Counted from the first letter of the stretch, positions 53,542-62,382 are shown. The stretch is DNA of 64,000 nt from a virus (IMGVR_UViG_3300020138_000006:16880-80879), one strand, 5' to 3'. The notes: a model not told the origin generated them from the sequence alone. Numbers and translations: made by a program.

Positions 53542-54762
53542 TCAGGCCGCGAGCGGCACGGTGTTCTTGACGAGGATGTGGAAGTTGTTGCCCAGGCGGA
53601 CGCGCGCGTGGTCGGGGGCACGTCCGCCTGGGTCGTGGCTCAGGCAGCCGCGCGCGAGCGTCGTGCCGTCGGGAAGGACGGCGACCTCGGTCGCGACGTG
53701 GTTGGTGGCGAAGATGCCGCCGCGCTTGGCGAAGGTCGCACCGGCCTTGCGCAGCGCGCGCCGGTCGATCTCGGTCGGGATGGCGAAGATGTCGCCCTGG
53801 CGCTTGACGTCCCGGCCCAGCGCCTCGGCGAACCGGACGGTGTCGGGCTTCAGTGCGTCGTACGCCTCGGCGACGGTCGTGGCCGTGGCGCCGGCGGGGA
53901 GTTCGCAAAAGAAGTACGAGGGGCGGCGCTCGTTGTGGTCGAAGCCGGACAGGTACTTGGCCCGGCGAGCCTTGCGGATGCGGCCGTAGCACGCGGCGTC
54001 GGTGTGCCGCGAGCACGTGGCGGGGACGAGCGAGGCGTGCCAGCGGTCGGTGGCAGCCTGGCGGCGGTCTCGCCAGTCGTTGTACTCGTTGCTCTCGTAC
54101 CACTTGTTGCGCGCCGCGCGGTACTCGGCGCTCCAGTAGTCCCCGGGGAAGTCGGGCTCGGGAACGGCCTGGTCGGGGTGCGGTTCGGTGTGGTGGCTGC
54201 CGATGTAGTTGCGGCAGGTCACGGAGTAGGCGACCTCGGCCTCGATCAGCGACTCGCCGAGCCAGTGCCGGTACGTCACCCAGCGGTAGGTCTGGCCGTC
54301 GAAGGTGTAGTCCCACTCATGCTCGGGGAACCCGTCGGCCCGGGCGGCGCTCGGCTCCTGGCGGTGCTTGCGCCACCGGGCGGGAAGGTCGGCGTAGTCG
54401 CGGCTGGTCTGCTTGACCGTCTCGGTGCGGTCCGGGGTGGAATCCAGGATGCGGACCGAGTCCATCGAGATCCCTGCGGCGCTGAGCACCGAATGCGGGA
54501 TGATGACGGTCTGGTGCCCGTGCAGCACCGAGCGCACGACGGACTGGTGCTTCGACGTGGTGTTCGAGTAGCGGTCGCCGTTGAGCAGGAACGCGATGGC
54601 GTTGCCGCGGCGGTCGCGCAGGGGTCGCGCGAGCTCGAAGTGCAAGCCGTAGGAGTAGATGCGGTCGCCGTAGACGGGCATGCGTTCGTTGGTCAGCATG
54701 CGCCCGGAACCGCTCAGGACGTTGTCGCGCCAGCGGGCGGCGACCTGGTCGTATCTAGTCAT
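53542..54762 (-). CDS. Conserved phage hypothetical protein
   Basis: 406 aa; IYSYG.HF...NG..YS.TTSKHQ N-terminus and RQGDIFAIP...H...H C-terminus. Confidence 0.75.
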   Translation of the reverse strand: MTRYDQVAARWRDNVLSGSGRMLTNERMPVYGDRIYSYGLHFELARPLRDRRGNAIAFLLNGDRYSNTTSKHQSVVRSVLHGHQTVIIPHSVLSAAGISMDSVRILDSTPDRTETVKQTSRDYADLPARWRKHRQEPSAARADGFPEHEWDYTFDGQTYRWVTYRHWLGESLIEAEVAYSVTCRNYIGSHHTEPHPDQAVPEPDFPGDYWSAEYRAARNKWYESNEYNDWRDRRQAATDRWHASLVPATCSRHTDAACYGRIRKARRAKYLSGFDHNERRPSYFFCELPAGATATTVAEAYDALKPDTVRFAEALGRDVKRQGDIFAIPTEIDRRALRKAGATFAKRGGIFATNHVATEVAVLPDGTTLARGCLSHDPGGRAPDHARVRLGNNFHILVKNTVPLAA

Positions 54763-54825
54763 GACAAACTCCCTTCGATCGGGGACGAAGAGGGCGCGCG
54801 GAAGATGCGCGCGGCGATCCGTGCG

Positions 54826-54984
54826 CTAGCAGGAATCGCAGGGGGGTCGCCATCCGCGACCGGACGCCGCTTCGAGGTTGGAATGCAGAATGTGGGGGAT
54901 GAGGTCGGTCGAGTCGTCGAGCTCGGAGTCCGTCCAGACGCTGACGTGCTCCTCACGCCAGCCCTCCGGAAGATGCTCGATCAT
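54826..54984 (-). CDS. Hypothetical protein
   Basis: Hand-translated 52 aa (MIEHLPEGWREEHVSVW...); ATGA-coupled. Confidence 0.5.
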   Translation of the reverse strand: MIEHLPEGWREEHVSVWTDSELDDSTDLIPHILHSNLEAASGRGWRPPCDSC

Positions 54985-55613
54985 GCCAGCTCTCGATCCA
55001 GGGCCTCTCGGCCCTCCCGCTCGGCCTCATCCTGCCCGTAGAAGCCCCAGACGGACTCGATCACCCTCCAGTCCTCGTACATCCCGTGCGAGACGGGCTT
55101 CCCGTCGGACTTGCGCACGGTGGTGGTGGTCACCACGGTCGCTTCCTCCAGGACGTAGCCGTAGACCTCACCGTCGGCCCACAGCTCGTACTCCTCGACT
55201 TCGCCTCGCGTGGTCTCGACGCCCATCGTGGCGCCCCACCGTTCGCACAGCTCCGGGTCGGAGTACCAGAGAATGCCATCGCTGACGACGACACCGAGGT
55301 CCCATCCGTGGAAGATGCGCCCCCAGCGAGCGAAGGCGGTCGTCGCATCGAAGGGGCGAAGCGCGCGCCCGTTGTGCCAGTGTGCGTGCCTGTCGGTCGC
55401 CCCGAAGAAGTAGCGGATCGCCTCGGAGAGGGAGTTGTGGTTGTTGACGACCCCGCCCTCCCAAGTCTGGCCGGGCTCCATCTTGCGCCAGTCGTACGAG
55501 GGAAGGACGAAGTAGGACGTGCAAATGCCGTCCCGGTCGAGTCGCGGATTGACCGCGTCCTCGTCCCGCTCGATGCGCAGGCGGTAGTTCTGCGTCACCT
55601 CGATGTCAGTCAT
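54981..55613 (-). CDS. Conserved phage/MGE hypothetical protein
   Basis: EVEEYELWADGEVYGYVLE...ESVWGFYG motif. Confidence 0.75.
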   Translation of the reverse strand: MTDIEVTQNYRLRIERDEDAVNPRLDRDGICTSYFVLPSYDWRKMEPGQTWEGGVVNNHNSLSEAIRYFFGATDRHAHWHNGRALRPFDATTAFARWGRIFHGWDLGVVVSDGILWYSDPELCERWGATMGVETTRGEVEEYELWADGEVYGYVLEEATVVTTTTVRKSDGKPVSHGMYEDWRVIESVWGFYGQDEAEREGREALDRELA

Positions 55614-56497
55614 GCGCCACCCCCCTCGGTGGGCGGGTTCGCACTCCACGATGCGACCATCACGCGCCCGAGATTGCGCAGCGCCTTGTACTGGTCCGTC
55701 CACAACCGCTGCGTTGCGTCGTCCGCCCTCCACTGCTTCCGTCGGCGGTTCACCTCGGCCATGAGGGTGTCGAGAGTCCCCGTCCAGCAGCCCACGACGA
55801 GGACGTGCCCGCTCGCGTCCCCCGTGCGCGCGAGCGTCGCGGTGACACCTTCGGACCCGATAGGGCCGACCGCGATCCAATATGCCTGTGAATCCACCCG
55901 CGCCTTGCCAGACACCCGCGCGTTGCCGAACACCCACGCGTTGCCGAACACCTGCGCGTCGCCGTACACCCGCGCGTCGCCGTACACCCGCGCGTCGCCG
56001 TACACCTGCGCCTCGCCGAACACCCGCGCGTTGCCGAACACCCACGCGTTGCCGAACACCTGCGCGTCGCCGTACACCCGCGCGTCGCCGTACACCTGCG
56101 CCTCGCCGTACACCTGCGCCTCGCCGAACACCCGCGCGTTGCCGAACACCCACGCCTCGCCGAACACCCGCGCGTCGCCGTACACCCGCGCGTCGCCGTA
56201 CACCTGCGCCTCGCCGAACACCTGCGCCTCGCCGAACACCCGCGCGTTGCCGTACACCTGCGCGTTGCCGTACACCTGCGCCTCGCCGAACACCTGCGCC
56301 TCGCCGAACACCCACGCGTCGCCGTACACCTGCGCCTTGCCGTTGCGCAGGGTCAGGCTCTCGACCCAACCGCCCAGGTCGCCAGCCTTGACCCCCGCGC
56401 TCGGAATGTCCACGAGCGCACGGATCCGATGGACCGTCACACCCTGCGCGTTGACCTTCGACTCTCCGGTCAACTCGATCTTGATGTCCATGCTCAT
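55610..56497 (-). CDS. Hexapeptide-repeat (left-handed beta-helix) protein
   Basis: ATG 56497; RIRAL.D...GDLGGWVES, then 24 x A[QRW]V[YF]G[DEN]-type units; C-terminal VGCWTG. Confidence 0.85.
   Translation of the reverse strand: MSMDIKIELTGESKVNAQGVTVHRIRALVDIPSAGVKAGDLGGWVESLTLRNGKAQVYGDAWVFGEAQVFGEAQVYGNAQVYGNARVFGEAQVFGEAQVYGDARVYGDARVFGEAWVFGNARVFGEAQVYGEAQVYGDARVYGDAQVFGNAWVFGNARVFGEAQVYGDARVYGDARVYGDAQVFGNAWVFGNARVSGKARVDSQAYWIAVGPIGSEGVTATLARTGDASGHVLVVGCWTGTLDTLMAEVNRRRKQWRADDATQRLWTDQYKALRNLGRVMVASWSANPPTEGGGA
55904..56335 (-). repeat. 18-bp tandem repeat array (24 units)
   Basis: Encodes the hexapeptide repeats; read directly. Confidence 0.92.
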
Positions 56498-56751
56498 TCC
56501 CTCCAGTAGTCGGGTCGGCCGGCCTGAAGCCAGGCGTCCAGTGCGTTCTCCAGGCCGTGCACGAAGCAGATGTAGGCGTGCTCGTCGAACTCCAGATCCT
56601 CGGGCCAGGTCGAGTAGCGGGCGCCGTACTCGTTCGCGTCCACGTAGTCCTGAAGCTCCTCGAAGGAGCGCACGGAGGACGGGACCTTGGACTCTGCGAC
56701 GTCCCACTCGATCTCGGACATCGCGAGGTTGATGGCCTTGGTGAGGTTCAT
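56494..56751 (-). CDS. Hypothetical protein
   Basis: VPSSVRSFEELQDYVDANEYG motif; ATG 56751. Confidence 0.7.
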   Translation of the reverse strand: MNLTKAINLAMSEIEWDVAESKVPSSVRSFEELQDYVDANEYGARYSTWPEDLEFDEHAYICFVHGLENALDAWLQAGRPDYWRE

Positions 56752-56833
56752 GCTTCCTCCTTTCGGATCATGGCGGAGGCGTGCTCGGTCTGGTCCATCG
56801 CGAGGGCGATGGTGCCGGGAAGGTCGAAGGGGT

Positions 56834-57193
56834 TCACAGGGCCACCGCATCCGGGGAGATCCAGGGCTCCGCTCCGGTCTTACCGATGTTCGGCCGCATC
56901 CCGACGGCGTGGTTCCACTGCTCGGGACGCACCGCCCGCTCGGCCGCCTCGACGGTCCACGGGTCCTTCACGGCGTCCTCGACGAACATGGAGGAGCCGA
57001 ACTCGCGGGAGGGCTTCAGGGTGGCGTAGTGCTGCCACCCCTCGATGTAGGACTCGGAGAACGTGCCCCACATCCCGTCTCGGGAGTAGGTCAGGTACCC
57101 ATGCCCGGGTCGGACCGGCGCGTACCACACGGAGAACCCGGCGGCCTTCAGCCGACTGGCGTACTCGTGCAAGCGGTCTCGGATGTCACTCAT
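56834..57193 (-). CDS. Hypothetical protein
   Basis: 119 aa. Confidence 0.7.
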   Translation of the reverse strand: MSDIRDRLHEYASRLKAAGFSVWYAPVRPGHGYLTYSRDGMWGTFSESYIEGWQHYATLKPSREFGSSMFVEDAVKDPWTVEAAERAVRPEQWNHAVGMRPNIGKTGAEPWISPDAVAL

Positions 57194-57732
57194 GCGGTCA
57201 GCTCCTTGCCTTTGTCGAGGAGGGTGGCGATCTCGTCGACCACCTCGGGAGGGACGGCCTCGGACAGCCAGGCGCGGCCGTAGCGGTAGCCGGACTGGTC
57301 ACAGACGAGGTTGTCGAGCATCCACTCGGAGCGAGTGGGCTCGCCCGGGGCGTACCCGGGAAGGTCGTCGGGGACCGTGGACAGGTCCATGTGGGCGCAC
57401 TCCGCGCGCATCGTGTTCAGGTGCCAGCGGTCCCAGAGGGACACCAGCCGGCCCAGGTCCTCGATGGTGAGAGACCCGGCAGGCTTCGTGATCTCGGACA
57501 GTCGGTCCTGAATCTGGCCGAACTCGATGGACTCGGATCCCTTGTAGAGGACATCGCCGGTGATCGACAAGATGTCGGGACACGGGATCCACTCGTGCTG
57601 GACGGACTGCACGGTAGCGCGCAGGTTCAGGGGATCCGGTCCGTACCTCACGTGCAAGATCACGCAGCGGCCGTCGTCGGTCTTGCCGACGTTGACCGTA
57701 CGGTCAAGCCGCAGGTCGTTCTTACGCGCCAT
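57190..57732 (-). CDS. Conserved phage hypothetical protein
   Basis: WDRWHLN.MRA.C.H...C..SGYRYGRAWL.E.VP motif; ATG 57732. Confidence 0.72.
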   Translation of the reverse strand: MARKNDLRLDRTVNVGKTDDGRCVILHVRYGPDPLNLRATVQSVQHEWIPCPDILSITGDVLYKGSESIEFGQIQDRLSEITKPAGSLTIEDLGRLVSLWDRWHLNTMRAECAHMDLSTVPDDLPGYAPGEPTRSEWMLDNLVCDQSGYRYGRAWLSEAVPPEVVDEIATLLDKGKELTA

Positions 57733-57755
57733 GTGAAACCTCCCTAAGCAGCATG

Positions 57756-57780
57756 AAAGCCCGCACATCGGGCGGGCTTT
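57756..57780 (-). terminator. Stem-loop
   Basis: AAAGCCCGC / GCGGGCTTT 9-bp stem, intergenic. Confidence 0.55.
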
Positions 57781-57795
57781 GAAGGGGAGCGACGT

Positions 57796-57815
57796 TTTCC
57801 GCGCTAGCGGTAATC
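57796..57815. promoter_or_regulatory. Palindromic operator copy
   Basis: TTTCCGCGCTAGCGGTAATC, 15/20, intergenic. Confidence 0.65.
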
Positions 57816-57920
57816 GTCAGGAGGGACTAGCTCCGAGCAGCAGCACGGGCAGTCCGGTCAGGAGCACGAACAGCGCTCCGGCCACGAGCCAGAACAGTCC
57901 ACGGACGAACGAGCGCAGCG

Positions 57921-58133
57921 TCAGTTCGCACCTCCGGCGCGCGGTGAGGACAGGACGACGAGCTCGTTCGGGAACACTCCCGCACGGGCGCCGTCACGGT
58001 CGAAGCGGACGAGGTAGCCGAGACCGGCGGTTCCCACGACGGTCCCGAACTCGTTGGTCTGCACGCTGAGGCCCTCGATGAGGGTGAACCGCGCAGCCAC
58101 CACGCGGGCGCCAGGAATGACGACGTCGTACAT
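57921..58133 (-). CDS. Small SH3-like protein
   Basis: GTVVG...YLVRFD...FPNELV; GGGAGG RBS. Confidence 0.65.
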   Translation of the reverse strand: MYDVVIPGARVVAARFTLIEGLSVQTNEFGTVVGTAGLGYLVRFDRDGARAGVFPNELVVLSSPRAGGAN

Positions 58134-58213
58134 GATTCCTCCCGTGGTTGTGTGTTACTTGCCTGGTCCGGTCGCGAACCGGTGGCGCCTACGCGCGCTA
58201 GGGCTGACGACGG

Positions 58214-58342
58214 CTAGTCGTCCTCATCGTCGAACGCGCACGTGAGCGCGGTCACTCGGAGTGTCGAACACTCCGGGCAGTAGGCGTTCACGTACCCCAT
58301 GACGTACTCGTGACCACGGGAGCGGGCTTCCGGCGCGATCAC
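58214..58342 (-). CDS. Small Cys-containing protein
   Basis: GTG 58342; YCPECS. Confidence 0.5.
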   Translation of the reverse strand: MIAPEARSRGHEYVMGYVNAYCPECSTLRVTALTCAFDDEDD

Positions 58343-58680
58343 TGCGTGAGTCCGTCGTAGTAGCCGACGACGACGAGGGACCCGTAGTCGTGGCGAGAGT
58401 AGGTGCGGTCGCACTCGTCCTCGGTCGCGTACCGGACCATCACTGCCGAGGAGTAGGACTCGGACTGGAATCCGTCCCACCCCACGAAGGGGCTTTCGGT
58501 CAGGTGCGGCTGGTCGACGCGCTCGAACTCGTCGATGTCGTACCAGGACCCCCGGTACCGGAAGAACCGGTCAGCCCAACGGTCCTCGTCGTGCACGTAG
58601 TCGAAGTCGGGTCGAACGTCGTCGGGAAGGTCGTGCCACGTGACGAGCTCCCGGATGCGTCCGTTCGTCTTGACGGTCAC
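58339..58680 (-). CDS. Conserved phage hypothetical protein
   Basis: FFRYRGSWYD..EF...GWDG..S.SY.S..MVRY. Confidence 0.72.
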   Translation of the reverse strand: MTVKTNGRIRELVTWHDLPDDVRPDFDYVHDEDRWADRFFRYRGSWYDIDEFERVDQPHLTESPFVGWDGFQSESYSSAVMVRYATEDECDRTYSRHDYGSLVVVGYYDGLTQ

Positions 58681-58928
58681 TCGGCCACCTCCGTGGCGAC
58701 GTCGAACCGAAGTCTCATCGCCTGCGGCCCGTACGCACGCCATGCGGCGAGGTTGGCGAACATGCCGGAGGGGCGCGCCTCGTGGGACTCATCGAGGGCC
58801 TCGTCCGCCTCGTCGCCACGGTGCAGGTGGACGTAGGGCGCGACCCCCTCCCGGGGCGTCGCGTAGTTCGGCTCGACGAACAGGTGGCAGTCGGAGCACT
58901 TCTCGTAGAGCCCGCGACCGCCGCTCAC
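58677..58928 (-). CDS. Hypothetical protein
   Basis: 83 aa, CSDC...H.H. Confidence 0.65.
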   Translation of the reverse strand: MSGGRGLYEKCSDCHLFVEPNYATPREGVAPYVHLHRGDEADEALDESHEARPSGMFANLAAWRAYGPQAMRLRFDVATEVAE

Positions 58929-59236
58929 GGCCGGACCTCCGTCACGGAGTACGCGACTCCGAGGTCGTGGTCGCCCGTGTGGCCGGGGGTCGGACCGAAG
59001 ACCGTGCCGGTTCCGGCGAGGACATCGGCGCCGAAGTTCTCCCAGTCACCCTGGGCGAGGCACTCCAGCACGTTGACCGTGGCGGAGTAGCCACCGACGA
59101 TGTCGTCGTTGTCGTCCTCGTCCTCGCGCCGCTCCCGGGCGAGGTAGTCCCACGCCTCAGTGGCGGTGTCGAAGACGGGCGGGTCGTCGTCGGTCGGCAG
59201 GTACCCGGGCACGTTGATGGTGGCGAGGAAGGTCAT
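58925..59236 (-). CDS. Acidic hypothetical protein
   Basis: NVPGYLP.DD.P motif; 103 aa. Confidence 0.7.
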   Translation of the reverse strand: MTFLATINVPGYLPTDDDPPVFDTATEAWDYLARERREDEDDNDDIVGGYSATVNVLECLAQGDWENFGADVLAGTGTVFGPTPGHTGDHDLGVAYSVTEVRP

Positions 59237-59248
59237 GGCGTCTCCGTC

Positions 59249-59443
59249 TCAGCGGTGGAAGTCGAGCAGGGTGTCGATGTGGCCGAGCGCGTCGTGGAGC
59301 CACCCGATCTCGTCGTCGCCGGTCACCTCGCGGTAGTCCGGGTCGTCGTGGCGGTCCATGTCGTTCTCGTCGTCGAGCCGCTTGCGCACGGTCTTCAGGA
59401 ACGTCTCGGCCTCATCGAGGACGGTCTCCAGGCCGTCAGCCAT
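59249..59443 (-). CDS. Acidic hypothetical protein
   Basis: 64 aa. Confidence 0.65.
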   Translation of the reverse strand: MADGLETVLDEAETFLKTVRKRLDDENDMDRHDDPDYREVTGDDEIGWLHDALGHIDTLLDFHR

Positions 59444-59592
59444 CAGGCACGCTCGCTGTGGAAGCTGACGGGCACGCCCGCGGCGGTGGCGTTGGCCCGC
59501 AGAGCGCGCTTCAGGTTGCGCGCACGCTCACGGGTGGCGAGCTGGTACTGCCGGCTCCTCCCGGAGCCGTAGGTCACGGTCAGGTCCCACAT
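59443..59592 (-). CDS. Small basic protein
   Basis: ATG 59592 after GAGGAG. Confidence 0.6.
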   Translation of the reverse strand: MWDLTVTYGSGRSRQYQLATRERARNLKRALRANATAAGVPVSFHSERA

Positions 59593-60078
59593 TGCAGGGC
59601 TCCTCACTCTGAAGGGACAGGAAGTTGCTCTCACTCTCTTAGCCCGCTCGCTAACCGTCGAAGGCTCACAAGTCGCGCACCGGAGATGTTGAGGGCCCGA
59701 TATCCGCCACGTCGGGCAAGCGTGATCGCGCATCCGCACGCCGGCCTCGGGCCGCACGGATTCGGCAGCGCGAGTGCCGGAGGGTCAGTAATCGAACCCT
59801 CAGAAAGCCGACCGGAGTATCCCGCCGTCGGCGTGGCGGGTGCCCTGAAGCGGACAGGACTGGCACCGACGAGCTCGGTACTGGTCCAGCGCGCTCCAGA
59901 CGGAAAGGGAAGGTGACCGTCCGCCGACTCGCAGGGAGTTGGCGTTGGACGACCGGTCAGGCCAGGCCGGGCGCATGCGTTACGCACGCGACCTCTGGTC
60001 TCACGTCGTCCCGCATGGAAAGGTGCTTGGTCGACGGACGGCCACCGGGTGAGCCCCTAGGAAAGGCTCGGTGCGGAG

Positions 60079-60141
60079 CCGAGCTATAGCGCTCATTATG
60101 CTCCGCGCGGAACCGAGCTATAGCGCTCATTATGCTCCGCG
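60079..60141. repeat. 29-bp direct repeat, 34-bp period
   Basis: CCGAGCTATAGCGCTCATTATGCTCCGCG at 60079-60107 and 60113-60141. Confidence 0.92.
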
Positions 60142-60479
60142 TCGAAATCCTAGGCATGGGTGGCACTGGTCAGTTGCCCTGTTGGGAGGGCGTGCATAGT
60201 TGACCAGGACGCCGGGAGGGCTGTTGCACTACTGCCGAAAGTGCATACGGCAGTCCCTCAGGTGGCCACCACAAGTCACACCTGAAGGGTCGGTGCACGT
60301 CACACCGAAGTGCAGCCTACGGATGCGTCACGCTCACCTCCCTTGTCTAGGTCGCACGGAGGGCCCGAAGGCCACATGACAGCGCGCCCGTGCGCCGATC
60401 TGCGAGCGCACGCACGGGCAGCGGCCTCGCCCACGTGCGGCCCATCGCAGGGTCGGCACGTAGGGGTCCCGCAGGAAGA

Positions 60480-60755
60480 TCAGTTGCCGGACAGCAGCGC
60501 GAAGGTCTCGGCGCGCACCGAGCGGGAGTGTCCCCACTCCAGCTCCTGCCCGTCGTCCATCGCGTCGATCAGGTCGGCGAGGTAGTCGCGCACCGCGTCG
60601 GGCAGGAGGGCCCGGATCAGGGCGCCACGGTCGAAGGCGTCCAGGATCGACGCGTCCTCACACTCGATCGCGACCGCGACGGTACGCGAGTCGCGTTCCA
60701 CCACCTCCAGGCGCGAGAGGCCGTGGACACTCGCGACGGCCCTCACTGGGACCAC
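60480..60755 (-). CDS. Hypothetical protein
   Basis: 91 aa. Confidence 0.6.
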   Translation of the reverse strand: MVPVRAVASVHGLSRLEVVERDSRTVAVAIECEDASILDAFDRGALIRALLPDAVRDYLADLIDAMDDGQELEWGHSRSVRAETFALLSGN

Positions 60756-61066
60756 AACCAGGAGTGCATGAGGTCGTCCGCCTCAGCACGGGCACCGCAG
60801 GCCATGAGTGCGTCGTAGACCGGCACAACGTCGGTCGGCCGACCTTGCATGCGGTGGTAGGTCTCACGCTTCAGGACCGCGATGGCGTATCGGCGGTCGT
60901 TCGCTCGCAGCACGCGCAGCGCGTTGCTCACGGCGTTGACGAGCTCACCGTTCTCACCGGTGGCAGCACCGGTCCGCTCGTCGTGCTGAAGCATGTGCAC
61001 GTCCATCAGGATCGGGTCGTCGGTGTCGGCGCCGCACAGGGCGCACGTCAGAAGGTCCATCCTCAC
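60743..61066 (-). CDS. C2H2 zinc-finger-like protein
   Basis: C-x2-C-x12-H-x3-H (CALC...HMLQH). Confidence 0.65.
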   Translation of the reverse strand: MRMDLLTCALCGADTDDPILMDVHMLQHDERTGAATGENGELVNAVSNALRVLRANDRRYAIAVLKRETYHRMQGRPTDVVPVYDALMACGARAEADDLMHSWLWSQ

Positions 61067-61350
61067 TCCTCACTCCACCAGGTGTAGGCGTACCGAGTCC
61101 CGGCGAGGTGGCAGCCGCACGCGTCGCACGGCCATCGGGAGAAGTCGTGCATCTCGCAGTCCTCGGAGTGCGCGTCGCCGTCCGACGGGTCCTGAAGGTC
61201 GTGCCCGCACTCGTCGGTCCTTCGGCCGGGAGTGACGTCCAGGTCCGGCAGCAGGTTCCACGGCTCGCAGCACGGGTCCTGCGGAGGCTCACCCTCGCGG
61301 GCGAAGTAGCAGTCCACGCACACCCAGAGGGTGCCCTGTGCGGTCGCCAC
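61063..61350 (-). CDS. Cys-rich metal-binding protein
   Basis: CVDC...FSRWPCDACG. Confidence 0.7.
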   Translation of the reverse strand: MATAQGTLWVCVDCYFAREGEPPQDPCCEPWNLLPDLDVTPGRRTDECGHDLQDPSDGDAHSEDCEMHDFSRWPCDACGCHLAGTRYAYTWWSEE

Positions 61351-61351
61351 G

Positions 61352-61444
61352 TCAGGCGCCGTACTTCGCGCGGCGCACGTCCCGGCGCCGGAGCGTCTCG
61401 GCGCGGCCGGACGGCTGGGACTTGTGGGTCAGGTGCTTAGCCAT
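61352..61444 (-). CDS. Small basic peptide
   Basis: MAKHLTHKSQ...RAKYGA, AGGAG RBS. Confidence 0.5.
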   Translation of the reverse strand: MAKHLTHKSQPSGRAETLRRRDVRRAKYGA

Positions 61445-61745
61445 GATGACTCCTGAAGGTTGTCAGGAGGGCGGATGCCCTCACTCTCTAGCCCACCGGG
61501 ACGGTTGGGCCGTTGCACAGCTCGGGCACCGGAAGGGCCCTTGTGCATGGCGCCGATCTGCGAGCGCACGCCATGCGACCTGAAGGAGAGTCAGGCCGAC
61601 TCGGAAGCCGGGACGGTGCCGTAACCGAGGCACGTCGGGCAGTAGGACAGCGGGGCAGTGTCCGAGCGCGGGTAGCGCGTCAGGTGCAGGTAGCCGTTCA
61701 TGAGGGTCATCCACACACCGGGCTCCGGGCACTCCTGAAGCTCAG

Positions 61746-61928
61746 TCACGGGCGGTCCTCCACGTCATCGGCCCAGCACGTGCAGCACGCATGGACCGTG
61801 CCGCCGAGATCGTTCGTCCATGTGAAGTGCCCGGACGCGTCGATCCGGTAGCGGGAGGTCCAACTAAGGTTGGACCGGTTCACCGCGTTGATCGCGGCGC
61901 ACGTCGGGCACTCCTTGCCGGCGGCCAT
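61746..61928 (-). CDS. Small Cys-rich protein
   Basis: CPTC...HACCTC. Confidence 0.6.
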   Translation of the reverse strand: MAAGKECPTCAAINAVNRSNLSWTSRYRIDASGHFTWTNDLGGTVHACCTCWADDVEDRP

Positions 61929-61929
61929 C

Positions 61930-62070
61930 TCAGGCCACCAGGTACCCGGCGGACTGGAACTGTCCGGCCGTGAGGGTGTCGGTCGTCAGGCCGAGGATTC
62001 GACCCGAGGGCGCGTAGACGGTGTGCACCGTCGGCGCGGGCGGCAGGGACTGCGGGTACCACGTCGTCAT
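61930..62070 (-). CDS. Hypothetical protein
   Basis: Hand-translated 46 aa; GGAGG RBS. Confidence 0.55.
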   Translation of the reverse strand: MTTWYPQSLPPAPTVHTVYAPSGRILGLTTDTLTAGQFQSAGYLVA

Positions 62071-62172
62071 GTCATCCTCCAATGGGTGACGTGTTTCTTG
62101 CCTTCACCTTCTAGACCGGCTGGCCGGCTCGGAGCCGACACGGTCCGGGCACCGACAATTGCCGGTGTGCCG

Positions 62173-62382
62173 TCAAGCCCGGAACGGGGCGTGACGCGTG
62201 AGCCACGCATCGGCCGACCGTGATGTCGGCCGACGAGCGATGTCCGTTGCGAGGGCATCGGCCTCACCGAAGGTGAGGTAGCCCTCACGGACGGCACCAG
62301 CGAGGGCACCGTCCGTACTGTGGCCGAGGCCGCGCATAATCTGGAGCCGCCGAAGCAACTCGCCGTGCGGGACGTCCGACAT
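62173..62382 (-). CDS. Hypothetical protein
   Basis: 69 aa; AAGGAG RBS. Confidence 0.55.
   Translation of the reverse strand: MSDVPHGELLRRLQIMRGLGHSTDGALAGAVREGYLTFGEADALATDIARRPTSRSADAWLTRHAPFRA

Noticed and set aside
35744-54762. Many proteins ending in -AA as a genome-wide degron programme
   Set aside because: Several (e.g. DUF4406, Ku, DUF6744-like, 48732) end GCA-TGA because of ATGA start/stop overlap; only the uncoupled cases such as int are informative.
55904-56335. Diversity-generating retroelement behind the repeat variation
   Set aside because: No reverse transcriptase and no TR/VR pair with adenine-specific differences.
59770-59800. GAGGGTTCGATT as a second tRNA T-arm
   Set aside because: The stem/loop geometry is not 5 bp + 7 nt, and no acceptor or D arm was found.
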